Source: Deinococcales bacterium (GTDB taxonomy: Bacteria; Deinococcota; Deinococci; Deinococcales; JAAFIG01). Taken from it: a stretch of DNA of 61,903 bases. The position numbers and the translations under genes were made by a program. The notes under the pieces are model-generated. The model had not been told where the DNA came from. It saw only the letters and a program-made list of their open reading frames with translations, and ran no database searches. Shown in pieces: positions 1-10,385 of the stretch (its first letter is position 1; the number at the start of each line of letters is the position of its first letter). The stretch spans positions 1 through 61,903 of the forward strand of contig JANNVX010000011.1 of the NCBI GenBank assembly GCA_031414595.1, written 5' to 3'.

Positions 1-135
1 CTCGTCTGACGACTCGAGGTGGTGCTTTACCTTTTTTAGTCAGATGCAAAAGTTGAGAACGCTGTTTTTTACTTAATTTGACAAACAAAATTCTGGTATT
101 CACAAGTATAGCTTATATCCTTATCCGACGATGCA

Positions 136-334
136 CTAAGGATTTGTCCGTAAATAACTTCCCTATTTGGAAATGATGAAACATTGTTTCCTAGCAGGAC
201 AGACACAGGGGTCTGTCCCTACAAAATCCATAAAAATACGTCAGGTAGGGGCGGACCCCTGTGTCCGCCCTGTGACCAATTGTCTGTTTTTGGTCTATTT
301 GAAATCAGGAAGTTATTCTTGGACAGTTCCTTAG
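136..334. mobile_element. MITE-like element with 27-bp imperfect terminal inverted repeats, carrying an inverted REP pair
   Basis: CTAAGGATTTGTCCGTAAATAACTTCC (136-162) matches the reverse complement of 308-334 (CTAAGGAACTGTCCAAGAATAACTTCC) at 22/27; no ORF inside. Confidence 0.7.
195..272. repeat. Inverted pair of GTAG-type REP palindromes (REPIN-like)
   Basis: GTAGGGGCGGACCCCTGTGTCCGCCCTG at 245-272 and an inverted variant at 195-222. Confidence 0.8.
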
Positions 335-382
335 TCGGTTAATCAGTCAAAATACGCGACTGATTAACACAATTTGGTATTA
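330..382. repeat. Partial copy of a small non-coding repeat (second copy at 13907-13959)
   Basis: 53 bp with 1 mismatch to 13907-13959; hairpin GTTAATCAGTC-N9-GACTGATTAAC; ends in TTGGTATTA. Confidence 0.85.
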
Positions 383-387
383 TATCT

Positions 388-1620
388 ATGATGAAAAGCT
401 GTGTACTTACAATTTGTTCAATTAATTACATCAATAAGGCTATTATTTTTTTTGATTCATTCAAAAAGAATAATCCAGCCTGTGAAGTTTTTCTAATACT
501 TGCCGACCGCAAAATAACCCATCAAAAAATTGAAGACCTAAAAAAGCTGGGTATTCAGATACTTTGGGTTGAGGACTTAGGAATTTCCAATCTGCTGCAA
601 AAAGCTTTTTGTTTTGATATTATTGAATTTAATACCAATATTAAGCCTAGAGCATTACAACTACTGCTCGAGACCTATGAAAAGGTCATTTATTTTGACC
701 CTGATATTTGTGTGTTCAATTCAGTTCAAGCTGTACTAGATGAACTCGAGTCATATGCCATACTTTTAACTCCACATTATCTATTACCGATTCAGGATTC
801 ACAAAAACCCAATGATTGGGAGTTACTAAAATTTGGTGTCTTTAACCTTGGTTTTATTGCGGTTAAACGCCATCCAAGCACTGCGGCGTTTTTACAGTGG
901 TGGTCTGATCGGTGTCTCGAGCTTGGTTTTTACGAACCGCAAACTGGTTTAGCTGTAGACCAAAAGTGGATTAGTCTTGCCCCTGGATTTTTTGAGGGTA
1001 TAAAAGTCTCGAGGAATCTGGGTTTGAATGTGGCTTTTTGGAACTTACATGAACGGCATTTGTCGTTTAAGGATGGTTCTTGGTGGGTTAATCAAACCAC
1101 ACCTCTTATTTTTATGCACTTTAGTTCATTTGATGATCGGAATTCTGCTGTGGTGGCACGTAAGCAAACTCGAGTGGCTGATGGCAGCCGCCCCGATTTT
1201 GAAGCCATCGCTGCTCCGTACCGAACAGCCATCCAAGCCAATCAGCATCTGGGTTTTGAGGCTGTACCTTATGGGTTTTCGATGTTTACCGATGGTCAAT
1301 TGATTTCTCCAACTTTACGACGTTTATACGCGGCTCTAGTGGTTGAACAACCCAAAATGTTTACTGATGATGATCCATTCCAAGTAAATTCTGATGCGTA
1401 CCGATTTGCAGTAAAACATCATTTGTTTGGCAAGCCAACAGCAGGCGGTAAAACTTTTCGTGAACTTGATAATCAATCGCGTATTGTCAGGTGGGCTTTG
1501 CTTGGCTTAAAATTCTTACAGCGACTACTTGGAGCAAATCGGTATTTTGATTTAATGCGTTTTCTGGCATACATCTCGAGTATCAGGGTGCAGGGCAGTG
1601 TTTATAGGGAGAAAAAATAA
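388..1620 (+). CDS. Putative glycosyltransferase (GT-A fold, DxD motif)
   Basis: YFDPDI DxD motif, FNLGF and DQKW motifs; polysaccharide locus context. Confidence 0.7.
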   Translation: MMKSCVLTICSINYINKAIIFFDSFKKNNPACEVFLILADRKITHQKIEDLKKLGIQILWVEDLGISNLLQKAFCFDIIEFNTNIKPRALQLLLETYEKVIYFDPDICVFNSVQAVLDELESYAILLTPHYLLPIQDSQKPNDWELLKFGVFNLGFIAVKRHPSTAAFLQWWSDRCLELGFYEPQTGLAVDQKWISLAPGFFEGIKVSRNLGLNVAFWNLHERHLSFKDGSWWVNQTTPLIFMHFSSFDDRNSAVVARKQTRVADGSRPDFEAIAAPYRTAIQANQHLGFEAVPYGFSMFTDGQLISPTLRRLYAALVVEQPKMFTDDDPFQVNSDAYRFAVKHHLFGKPTAGGKTFRELDNQSRIVRWALLGLKFLQRLLGANRYFDLMRFLAYISSIRVQGSVYREKK

Positions 1621-2747
1621 TGTATACACTGATTACAGGCGGTCTTGGCTTTATTGGCTCGAGATTAGCGGCTGCTTTGGTGGCTCGAGGTGAAGAAGTT
1701 TATTTACTTGATAATCTCAGTCCACAAATTCATGGGGAAAATCCTAGTTTTCCTTGGCTCGAGTCAAGTCAAATTCGATTTTTACAAGGCGATGTTACGG
1801 ATACTGCTGCCCTTGAAACAGCTTTGGCAGGCGCAAAGACGGTGGTGCATCTGGCAGCCGAAACTGGCACAGCCCAATCCATGTATCAACTTGCCAAGTA
1901 CAATGGGGTTAATTCTCAAGGTACAGCCTTATTGTTAGATTACTTAGTCAATCAACCACATCAAGTTAAAAAAGTGGTTTTGGCTTCCTCGAGATCGGTC
2001 TATGGTGAGGGTGCTTACTTGTGCCAAGCCCATGGCATGGTCACGCCTCACCCACGCAGTTTTGAAGCCTTAGAGCAGAAACAATGGAATCCTACTTGTC
2101 CTGTGTGTGGTGGTTTGATTGAGCGCATGGCAACACCCGAAGAAGCCCGAGTTTATCCAGCTTCAATTTATGCCGCCACCAAATATGCCCAAGAAGACTT
2201 AGTGCGAATTGCTTGTGCGGCGGCTGGAATTGGTGCAAGTATTTTGCGTTTTCAAAATGTTTATGGGGCTGGTCAATCGCTGCATAATCCTTACACCGGA
2301 ATTTTGTCTATTTTTTCGACGCGGATTCGCCAACAAAAAACCATTCCGATTTTTGAAGATGGACTCGAGAGCCGCGATTTTGTACATGTCTCAGATGTGG
2401 TTAAAGCCATTATGTTGGCTTTAGATTCAAGTGCATCCGATGGTCAAATACTCAATGTTGGTAGTGGTGTTCCAAGTTCAGTTTTTGAAGTGGCAAATCT
2501 ATTATTTACTGCTTTGAATGGCTTGGAGATTTCAAAGCCAAGCATTTCTGAGCAATTTCGGGTGGGTGATATTCGGCATGGTTATGCAGATATTCGCCGA
2601 ATTCAAACGGTCTTGGGGTGGCAACCAGAAATCAGTCTCGAGGTTGGAATTGCTGAATTTGCGGCTTGGGTTGAAGCACAACCATTACCAGAAGACCGCT
2701 TAGACATTGCGCTTGCCGAATTAAAAGCTAAACGAATGGGGTCATGA
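1620..2747 (+). CDS. NAD-dependent nucleotide-sugar epimerase/dehydratase (WbiB-like, with Cys-rich insert)
   Basis: TGGLGFIG Rossmann motif, YAATK catalytic motif, C..H...CPVC insertion. Confidence 0.85.
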   Translation: MYTLITGGLGFIGSRLAAALVARGEEVYLLDNLSPQIHGENPSFPWLESSQIRFLQGDVTDTAALETALAGAKTVVHLAAETGTAQSMYQLAKYNGVNSQGTALLLDYLVNQPHQVKKVVLASSRSVYGEGAYLCQAHGMVTPHPRSFEALEQKQWNPTCPVCGGLIERMATPEEARVYPASIYAATKYAQEDLVRIACAAAGIGASILRFQNVYGAGQSLHNPYTGILSIFSTRIRQQKTIPIFEDGLESRDFVHVSDVVKAIMLALDSSASDGQILNVGSGVPSSVFEVANLLFTALNGLEISKPSISEQFRVGDIRHGYADIRRIQTVLGWQPEISLEVGIAEFAAWVEAQPLPEDRLDIALAELKAKRMGS

Positions 2748-3298
2748 TGAACTTACAAGAATTACTACTGGCTGATCTCGAGCGCCAAGATTTTTATGCC
2801 AATACGCCTGATACGCCTAAAACCTTGCAGCGAGTGGTTTTCAAGGCATTTTCACCTCGTTTTGCCCCTGTGGTCTTATACCGTTTATCGCATTTTTTTT
2901 GGCAGAAGAAACTCAGTCCAATTGCTAAACTATTTTCATTGTTCAATTTCTGGTTTTTTGGACTCGAGATTGCCATCAGGTCTGAAATTGGTGGTGGCTT
3001 ATACTTACCGCATACGGTTGGAACAGTCCTTAGTGCCGAGAAAATTGGCAATAACTGCGTGATTTTTGGACAAGTGGTGCTTGGTGCAAAAGAAGTAGAT
3101 TTCGCTTTTACCGGGTCATTGCGTCCGATTCTTGGTAATGATGTGACGATTGGCACAGGTGCTAAAGTATTGGGCGGTATTCAAATTGGTAATCGGGTCA
3201 AAATTGGTGCGAATGCCGTGGTGATTCGGGATGTTCCTGATGACTCTATGGCAGTTGGTGTACCTGCAATACACAAATCACTCGAGGCAAACCAGTGA
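2744..3298 (+). CDS. Hexapeptide-repeat O-acetyltransferase (CysE/WcaB-like)
   Basis: Left-handed beta-helix repeats (IGNNCVIF, LGNDVTIGTGAKVLG, IGANAVV), VGVPA. Confidence 0.85.
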   Translation: MMNLQELLLADLERQDFYANTPDTPKTLQRVVFKAFSPRFAPVVLYRLSHFFWQKKLSPIAKLFSLFNFWFFGLEIAIRSEIGGGLYLPHTVGTVLSAEKIGNNCVIFGQVVLGAKEVDFAFTGSLRPILGNDVTIGTGAKVLGGIQIGNRVKIGANAVVIRDVPDDSMAVGVPAIHKSLEANQ

Positions 3299-4284
3299 GT
3301 CTTGCAGGGAAAAATATCCTTTTTTTTAGCCCAGAGTTTTTTGGTTATGCCAAAGCCATAACAGCAGAATTATTGCGTTTGGGTGCAAATGTCGATGCTT
3401 ATGATACCCGTCCTGATAACACGACGCTGACCAAAATAGGACTGCGAATTGCACCATTTTTACTGGTTAATCGCACACATACCTATCACCAAGAGATTCT
3501 TGAGCGTTGTCAAAAAAAATATGATTATGTGTTTGTTATTCGCGGTGAAGGCATCAGTTTGAGTATCTTAAAAGCCTATAAAAAAACTTTCCCAGAAGCT
3601 AAATTTGTTTATTACACTTACGACGCACTATCTGAAAATCGTTTAACCCTCGAGTTCAAACCATTTTTTGACCTTCTTGCCTCATTTGACCCAGTAGATT
3701 GTGCTGCTCACCCGTTCCTACAATATGAACCGTTATTTTATATTCCTAAATACGCAGCCGTTGCCAATCCACCCTTTGAAACTCGAGCCTATGATGTTTC
3801 TAGTATTGGTACATTTCGTTTAGACCGGTATGAAACGATGAAGCGCATAGATGAAATTCTCGAGCCGAATCTAAAACGCTATTATTTTCACTATCATCCG
3901 AGCCAACTTATTTTCAATACCTTTAAGCTATTTTCTAAAGCCTACCGTGAAGTTAATCCTGCAATCTTGCATTTTCAATCTTTATCTTCCGCCGCCGTTG
4001 CTGATGTATTGACTGAATCAAAAGCAGTGATTGATGTGCAGAAATCGCATCAACGCGGTTTGACCATGCGAACCATCGAAATGTTAGGCTCAAATAGGAA
4101 ACTCATCACCACCAATAGCCAAGTCAAAACCCATGATTTTTATAACCCAAATAATATTTGTGTGGTCAATCCTCTTGAGCCAGTTATTCCCACAAATTTT
4201 TTTAGCACGCCATATCAAAATCCAGTCTTTGAAACTCGAGAAAAGTATAGCCTCGCATCTTGGCTTGAGCGGTTATTAAGCTAG
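3295..4284 (+). CDS. Polysaccharide biosynthesis protein (putative glycosyltransferase)
   Basis: FFGY N-terminus, QRGLTMRTIE..KLITTN motif typical of EPS/LPS locus proteins; GTG start overlaps the previous gene. Confidence 0.6.
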   Translation: MSLAGKNILFFSPEFFGYAKAITAELLRLGANVDAYDTRPDNTTLTKIGLRIAPFLLVNRTHTYHQEILERCQKKYDYVFVIRGEGISLSILKAYKKTFPEAKFVYYTYDALSENRLTLEFKPFFDLLASFDPVDCAAHPFLQYEPLFYIPKYAAVANPPFETRAYDVSSIGTFRLDRYETMKRIDEILEPNLKRYYFHYHPSQLIFNTFKLFSKAYREVNPAILHFQSLSSAAVADVLTESKAVIDVQKSHQRGLTMRTIEMLGSNRKLITTNSQVKTHDFYNPNNICVVNPLEPVIPTNFFSTPYQNPVFETREKYSLASWLERLLS

Positions 4285-5726
4285 TACGCACCCTCAGCCC
4301 GAATAACCGCCCTAAAGGTTCTGGCAAGAATGTAAATATCAAGCCAAACACTCCAATTTCGGGCATAATAAGCATCAAAGCGGACACGTTCGGCATAGGT
4401 GGTGTTGTTGCGTCCGTTGACTTGCCACATGCCTGTTAAACCAGGCGTAACTTTGCTGTAGAGCTTAAAGGCATCGCCGTACCGCACAATTTCGTTCTTC
4501 ACAATTGGTCTTGGTCCGACCAAACTCATTTCGCCCAGTAAAACATTCCAGAGTTGCGGCATTTCATCTAAACTGGTTTTTCGTAAAAACCAACCGACTT
4601 TGGTGACTCGAGGGTCATGTCGGAGTTTTTGGTCTTTTGCCCATTCTTGACGCAAAGCAGCATTCTGATCAAAAGCAGTTTGCAGCACATTTTCGGCGTT
4701 TTGTACCATACTGCGGAATTTATAGGCTCGAAAAGGTAAGCCATTTCGTCCGATGCGTTCTTGGGTAAAAAAAACTGCACCTTTGGACTCGAGACGAATG
4801 GCAATAGCTATTAAAATGGTCAGTGGCAACAGCAAAGGTAGGGTCAACAACACCAGCACCAAGTCCATGGTTCGTTTAACCCGTTTTGAGAGTGGCTGCA
4901 ATAAGTTCTGGCGTACCTCGAGCGCCAGCAGTCCGCCATAATCCTTAGCACTTGCCCAAAGACTGGCAACGCCAAGTAAATCGGGAACAAGATACAACCT
5001 TGGAAAGAACGAACCGTACTCTTCGATAATCTCGAGCAACCGTTGGCGTTTTGCCCCCGGCATGGCAAGCAGCGCATGGCGCACGCCGTAGCGCTCGGCA
5101 AGGATTGGCGCGAGTTCAAGTCCACCAATGACGGGGACATTCTCGAGTTCACCGTGTTTGCTGGGGTCGTCGTCCAAAAAAGCCACCAGCTTTAAGCCAA
5201 GTCCGGGTTGTTTTTGTAGGCTTTGGGCAATAATTCTGCCTGTTTCGCCAGCCCCAAGAATGACTACGGGGACACCCCACCATGCGGCTCTGGCAAATAA
5301 ACCACGAATCATGGCTCGAGCCAGTGGAACAAACAGTAAACTTAAGAGAAGCGCAACAACAAAGGCTAACCTCGAGTACAATTCGGCAGCCCGCAAGAAA
5401 AAACTGGCTGCCCCTAAAAGTGCATAGACCAAAGTGATTCCTAGTGTGGCAAGTCGCAGTTCTTCGACGGGGTTTAAGCCCGAGCCTTGGTAAAGTCCAA
5501 AAGCAGCAAAGGCAGCAATAAATAATCCCAAAAAGGGCAGCAGGGCAATATAGGTTTGGAATTCAAACGAGCCACCTGTCACCCAGCGCCAAATCACACT
5601 GGTACTGTTGGCTAAAATTATTGCTAGGGCATCGGTTAGGATTAGACAAAGCATGGTTAGCATTGGTTGGGTTCGTACACCCACCGAGACACGGCGCACA
5701 GTCTCGAGGGTCTGAGGGGTTAGCAT
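4281..5726 (-). CDS. wbaP: Undecaprenyl-phosphate galactose phosphotransferase (priming glycosyltransferase)
   Basis: N-terminal TM helices, KFRSM, DPRVT, SLDEMPQLWNVL, PGLTGMWQV. Confidence 0.9.
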   Translation of the reverse strand: MLTPQTLETVRRVSVGVRTQPMLTMLCLILTDALAIILANSTSVIWRWVTGGSFEFQTYIALLPFLGLFIAAFAAFGLYQGSGLNPVEELRLATLGITLVYALLGAASFFLRAAELYSRLAFVVALLLSLLFVPLARAMIRGLFARAAWWGVPVVILGAGETGRIIAQSLQKQPGLGLKLVAFLDDDPSKHGELENVPVIGGLELAPILAERYGVRHALLAMPGAKRQRLLEIIEEYGSFFPRLYLVPDLLGVASLWASAKDYGGLLALEVRQNLLQPLSKRVKRTMDLVLVLLTLPLLLPLTILIAIAIRLESKGAVFFTQERIGRNGLPFRAYKFRSMVQNAENVLQTAFDQNAALRQEWAKDQKLRHDPRVTKVGWFLRKTSLDEMPQLWNVLLGEMSLVGPRPIVKNEIVRYGDAFKLYSKVTPGLTGMWQVNGRNNTTYAERVRFDAYYARNWSVWLDIYILARTFRAVIRAEGAY

Positions 5727-5784
5727 GGGTTAAGTTTAACTCAATTTTTTTTGTTATTGGCTGCAATCACGGTAGACTAATCCT

Positions 5785-7140
5785 ATGCTGGCTGTTCTTG
5801 AATCCTTAAAACGCGCCCTTGGCAATAAAGTCCGTGACCAACTGACCGAAACCCTGCTCTATCGTTACGATGCGATTGCCCAAGGTCCTGCCCCAAAAGC
5901 CGTGGTGCTGGCAGAATCGGCAAGGGATGTAGCAATTACTTTAGAGATTTGCAATGCAGCCCGTTTTGCAGTTGTACCGCGTGGTGCGTCCAGTGGCTTG
6001 TCGGGTGGGGCTGTGCCAGTTGGGGACTGCATTATGATTGCCACCAACCGCATGACTCGGCTCGAGGTTGACCCAATAAAACGAATTGCCAGAGTGCAAC
6101 CAGGTGTAATTACTGATGCAATCAGTGCCGCCGCCAAAAAACATGGGTTGTATTACCCGCCAGACCCAGCTTCGAGCCGTCAGAGTACAATTGGTGGCAA
6201 TATCGCCGAGAACGCTGGTGGTCCGCAATGCTTAAAAAAAGGGGTAACTGGCGATTATGTGCTTGAACTCGAGTATGTGACCGCTGACGGGCAGCTAAAT
6301 AGAGCCACCCGAGACGGAATTGATTTGGCAGGGATGATTATTGGTTCAGAAGGCACACTGGCATTTGTGACTGATGCTGTCCTGAAACTCGAGCCACTGC
6401 CAAAATTTACCCGAACTGCTTTTGCGGTCTTTGATGAACTCGGTCAGGCTGGTCGGGCGGTGGCATTGGTCACTGCCCGTGGTTTGACCCCCGCTAAGCT
6501 CGAGTTGATGGATCAAAACAGTATTCGGGCGGTTGAACAATTTATGAACATGGGACTGCCAACCGATGCCGAAGCGATTCTGGTGTGTGATACTGATGGT
6601 GATGATGAAAATACTGTACAGCTCGAGATTGAGTCGGTGGCTGAGGCGTTTCGTGAAGCCGAAGCGCGTCAGGTGCGTTTAGCCGCCACCCCCGAAGAAG
6701 CGGCACAACTTTGGAAAGCAAGGCGCAGCGTCTCCCCTGCCCTTGGCAATATCCGCCCGCACCGTTTTAACGAAGATATTGTTGTGCCACGCAGTCATTT
6801 AGAGCCAGCCATGCGTGAAATGCAAGAAATTGCTAAAAATTACCCACAGTTTCCGTTTGCAATTTTTGGTCATGCAGGAGATGGAAATTTACACCCGAAC
6901 ATCTTGTTTGACCGCAGTAAAGATTCTATTGAGGAAGTCGATCATTTTGCCCATGAGGTGGCTCGAGTGGCGATTGCCCACGGTGGAGTTCTTAGTGGCG
7001 AACATGGGATTGGTTTAATGAAACGCAGTTTTATGACCGAAGCCACCCCCAAAGCCGCCCTCGAGGCATTTTGGCGGATTAAACATGCTTTTGACCCCAA
7101 CGGGATTATGAATCCCGGTAAGGTACTACCCGAACTATAG
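5785..7140 (+). CDS. glcD: FAD-linked oxidase, glycolate oxidase GlcD-like
   Basis: [50 protein letters not shown]. Confidence 0.8.
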   Translation: MLAVLESLKRALGNKVRDQLTETLLYRYDAIAQGPAPKAVVLAESARDVAITLEICNAARFAVVPRGASSGLSGGAVPVGDCIMIATNRMTRLEVDPIKRIARVQPGVITDAISAAAKKHGLYYPPDPASSRQSTIGGNIAENAGGPQCLKKGVTGDYVLELEYVTADGQLNRATRDGIDLAGMIIGSEGTLAFVTDAVLKLEPLPKFTRTAFAVFDELGQAGRAVALVTARGLTPAKLELMDQNSIRAVEQFMNMGLPTDAEAILVCDTDGDDENTVQLEIESVAEAFREAEARQVRLAATPEEAAQLWKARRSVSPALGNIRPHRFNEDIVVPRSHLEPAMREMQEIAKNYPQFPFAIFGHAGDGNLHPNILFDRSKDSIEEVDHFAHEVARVAIAHGGVLSGEHGIGLMKRSFMTEATPKAALEAFWRIKHAFDPNGIMNPGKVLPEL

Positions 7141-7218
7141 TCCTTTGGAGCAATGACCTTAGATTCTCCAGACGTTAAATTGCTGCCATGAAAACCCAAG
7201 CACCCCGCCCAATGTAAT

Positions 7219-7713
7219 TTAGGTCAATGCCCTGCCAATTCGGGCGGTGGCTTCCTCGAGTGAAATATCTAAAGACAAAGCAATTTCGGTAGCGACCATA
7301 TGTCGTGCATCTTCCATCATTTTGTGTTCGGTAGCAGATAAGGCTTTTTCGCTGTCGCGCCTTGCCAATGTACCAACCAAAGCAGCAATCTTAAAGATGT
7401 CACCTTCGGCAAGGATTTGTTGTTCTTTGCGGTGACGTGGAGTCCAGCCAAGCGGTAAGTCAAGGTCTGGGCGCTCGAGTTCAGACATCAATTCTGGGAT
7501 GCGTTTTTCTTCGGTGATTTGCCGCAAACCAATGCGTTCACCCTGTCCAATGGGTACAAGCACTTTGGTGCTGCCTTTGACCAATTCGATTTCAAAATAC
7601 CGATTTGTTTTCCCAGCAATAATCCGTTCAACTTGCCCGACGATTCGTCCAGCCCCTTGAGTTGGGTAAACCACACTATCGCCGACCTTAAATGCAACGT
7701 TTGGTACTGTCAT
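7219..7713 (-). CDS. carD: CarD family RNA polymerase-binding transcription factor
   Basis: FKVGDSVVYPTQGAG N-terminus, conserved Trp, 164 aa. Confidence 0.85.
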   Translation of the reverse strand: MTVPNVAFKVGDSVVYPTQGAGRIVGQVERIIAGKTNRYFEIELVKGSTKVLVPIGQGERIGLRQITEEKRIPELMSELERPDLDLPLGWTPRHRKEQQILAEGDIFKIAALVGTLARRDSEKALSATEHKMMEDARHMVATEIALSLDISLEEATARIGRALT

Positions 7714-7844
7714 GAATTCCCCTTGTGCAGCGAGATGAGGGTAAAATGAATTTCAGAAATGAGCAAGACATTCTACGCTACAATTGCTTGGTTTGCAATA
7801 AAATAGCCGTAAATCACACCAATTAGCCCACATCTTTGCCACTT

Positions 7845-10202
7845 TTAATTCGGTGGGGTGACTGGTTCAGGGGTGACTGGTTCTGGCTCTGGGGCTGGCG
7901 GTTGCCAATTTGGGTCGTATAACTCGAGGTCTTCGGTGCGAACACGCTGATTTTTGACGCAAGCTGGTGGGGTAAATTCATCGGCTCGAGGTGGGACTTG
8001 GGCAGCGTTTTTGGTACAGGCATTGACAGCTATTACGATGCGGTCTTCGCCGTCTCCGGGGATGGTGTCTACAATCGGACGGCGGTACGGTAGTGGGTCT
8101 ACTTGTGGTGGTGGCGGTGGAACGTTTTGTGGTAGGTCAACTCGGGTTGGGTATGCCATTCGCACCGCTTGTCTGCCGTTAAAGCCAACGTAGTCTGGGA
8201 CTCGGTAACTGCTTGGGGGTATACCCTCGAGCGCCACACGCATAAAGTCAGACCAAATTTTTGGCATATAATCGCCACTGTAAGCACTAAAAGGCATCGA
8301 TTTATTATCATCGTTGCCCATCCAGACCGCACCGACTAAGGTTGGGGTTGTTCCGACAAACCACATGTCCACCACATTGTTAGAAGTTCCAGTCTTACCG
8401 CCGACTTCACGCCCAGTTATTTTGGCATTTAAGGCAAAACTTGGGTTTGGGGCAATGCTTGGTGGGTCATTGACCACACCACGAATCATGTCTAAGCCAG
8501 TGTATGCCACTTGCGGCGACCAAACCCTACGCCTGACTTGAACATCTTCTTGGCTGGGGTACAGCACTCGTCCATCGGCGGTTTCGATGCGTCTTAAATA
8601 AGTTGGCTGAATGTATGTGCCACCATTAACAAAAGTGGCGTAAGCGGTTGCCATTTGCAAAGGGTTGACATCAATCCCGCCGCCAATGGCGCTAGACATC
8701 CCAAGCGTGTCTTTGGTTTCAATACCCATCAGTTTAAGACGTTCCCTAAAAGTGGGGATACCAACATAATCTTTAAGAATACGAATGGTTGGAAAGTTCA
8801 ACGACCAATTTAAGGAAAAGCGAATACTACCCGTTGCCGAGGTACTACCGGGGAAGTTTTGAGGACAGTAATAATTTCTCGAGCAATTTGGTCTACTCGG
8901 TGCGCCGGGGTCATAAATTGTTAAACGTTCATTAGAAACCACACTCCACGGGTACAAGCCTTTTTCCAGTCCCAAGGTATACAGCAAAGGTTTGACACTC
9001 GAGCCACTGCTGCGCCGCATTTGACTCGAGGCAGCCCGATTAAATTCATCGCGTCCAGAATTATCGTTGCCGCCAACCATTGCCCGAATTTCTCCTGTGT
9101 TTGGGTCTATGGCAATCAGTGCCACTTGTTCGTTGCCCCTTGGACGACGCGCCACACCGACCCGAGTCGCATTTTCGGCAGCCCGTTGAGCTTTGGGGTC
9201 TAGGGTGGTGTAAACCCGCAATCCACCGCCCGAAAAAGCCTGATCGCCATATTTTTCTTTTAAGAACTTACGCACTTCAAACATAAAATACGGGGCTTGA
9301 GCGGTGGTGATTTCTTCGATAATTGTAATCCGTGGATTCTCGAGAATTGGAGCGATGATTTTTTTGGTCACAGGGTCGGTCTTGACAATAATTGCGCCGT
9401 TATAAGCGTACTCGAGTCCTTTCCAGCCACGGGGTTTGACTGGTTCGAGCCAGATTTTATCGGCTTCGGCTCGAGTAATCCATTTTTCTTCAACCATGCG
9501 CTCTAAGCGCAGTTCCATGCCGCGTCTGGCTCGGTTAATACTCTTAAAAAAACCGTTCGGACTGGGAAGAATCGAAGCCAAGTACAAGCCTTGCGCCGTG
9601 CTTAAATCCAAGGGGTCTTTACCAAAATAGGCTTGGGCAGCCGCCCGAATACCATATAAATTACCACCCCAAAAAGCAGTATTTAAGTACAAGGTTAAAA
9701 CTTCTTCTTTGGTAAAAAAACGCTCGGCTTGTACCGAAAGCATGATTTCCTTGATTTTACGCTCAGCCGTTGGTGCATTACTCAGTAAAGTTGTACGAAT
9801 CATTTGTTGCGTGATTGTACTACCGCCTTGCTGGTCATCCTTAAAAAAAGTGCTGTAAATACTGGAAGCGAAACGAAGTGGATTAAAACCATAATGCGTA
9901 AAAAAAGGAGCATCCTCGGCGGAAATAATCGCAGCTACAACAGTTGCATCTATGTCGTTGAGTTTAACTGGACGGCGGTCAATACGCTCTTTACCAATGG
10001 TTGGCGCAAGCACCCCAACTAAGCTGCCGTCTCTGGCAAAAACCTTGGTTGTCCCCTCGAGACGGTACTGGTCGAGTTCTGAAACGGGCGGCAATTCCCG
10101 CGCCCAACGCAAGAGTATGGTTGCACCTATCGCCACGCCCGCGATGATGCCGACAAAAACAAAAGCAAAAAGTATTTTAAGAATGCGAAGAAAAACGCGC
10201 AT
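7845..10202 (-). CDS. Class A penicillin-binding protein (transglycosylase/transpeptidase)
   Basis: N-terminal TM, AED..F..H.G, GGSTITQQ, RKIKE, SSVK, KTGT motifs; Pro-rich tail. Confidence 0.9.
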   Translation of the reverse strand: MRVFLRILKILFAFVFVGIIAGVAIGATILLRWARELPPVSELDQYRLEGTTKVFARDGSLVGVLAPTIGKERIDRRPVKLNDIDATVVAAIISAEDAPFFTHYGFNPLRFASSIYSTFFKDDQQGGSTITQQMIRTTLLSNAPTAERKIKEIMLSVQAERFFTKEEVLTLYLNTAFWGGNLYGIRAAAQAYFGKDPLDLSTAQGLYLASILPSPNGFFKSINRARRGMELRLERMVEEKWITRAEADKIWLEPVKPRGWKGLEYAYNGAIIVKTDPVTKKIIAPILENPRITIIEEITTAQAPYFMFEVRKFLKEKYGDQAFSGGGLRVYTTLDPKAQRAAENATRVGVARRPRGNEQVALIAIDPNTGEIRAMVGGNDNSGRDEFNRAASSQMRRSSGSSVKPLLYTLGLEKGLYPWSVVSNERLTIYDPGAPSRPNCSRNYYCPQNFPGSTSATGSIRFSLNWSLNFPTIRILKDYVGIPTFRERLKLMGIETKDTLGMSSAIGGGIDVNPLQMATAYATFVNGGTYIQPTYLRRIETADGRVLYPSQEDVQVRRRVWSPQVAYTGLDMIRGVVNDPPSIAPNPSFALNAKITGREVGGKTGTSNNVVDMWFVGTTPTLVGAVWMGNDDNKSMPFSAYSGDYMPKIWSDFMRVALEGIPPSSYRVPDYVGFNGRQAVRMAYPTRVDLPQNVPPPPPQVDPLPYRRPIVDTIPGDGEDRIVIAVNACTKNAAQVPPRADEFTPPACVKNQRVRTEDLELYDPNWQPPAPEPEPVTPEPVTPPN

Positions 10203-10251
10203 GGGTTTATTTTAATATGCCCTAATGAGGACTGTTCTCATCCGCCCCAAT

Positions 10252-10280
10252 TTGACAGGCTGTGGATAGCCAAATACACT
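10252..10280 (+). promoter_or_regulatory. Sigma-70-type promoter of preT
   Basis: TTGACA-N17-TACACT about 105 nt upstream of the preT start. Confidence 0.65.
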
Positions 10281-10385
10281 AAGACTGTACACACAGGTTA
10301 AATCGGCTCCGGCGAGGGCTGCACCCGAAGGCATTTCGTTTTTTTTCTTTCGGAGGCTAGACATGAATACACCCTCGGAGTCAAC

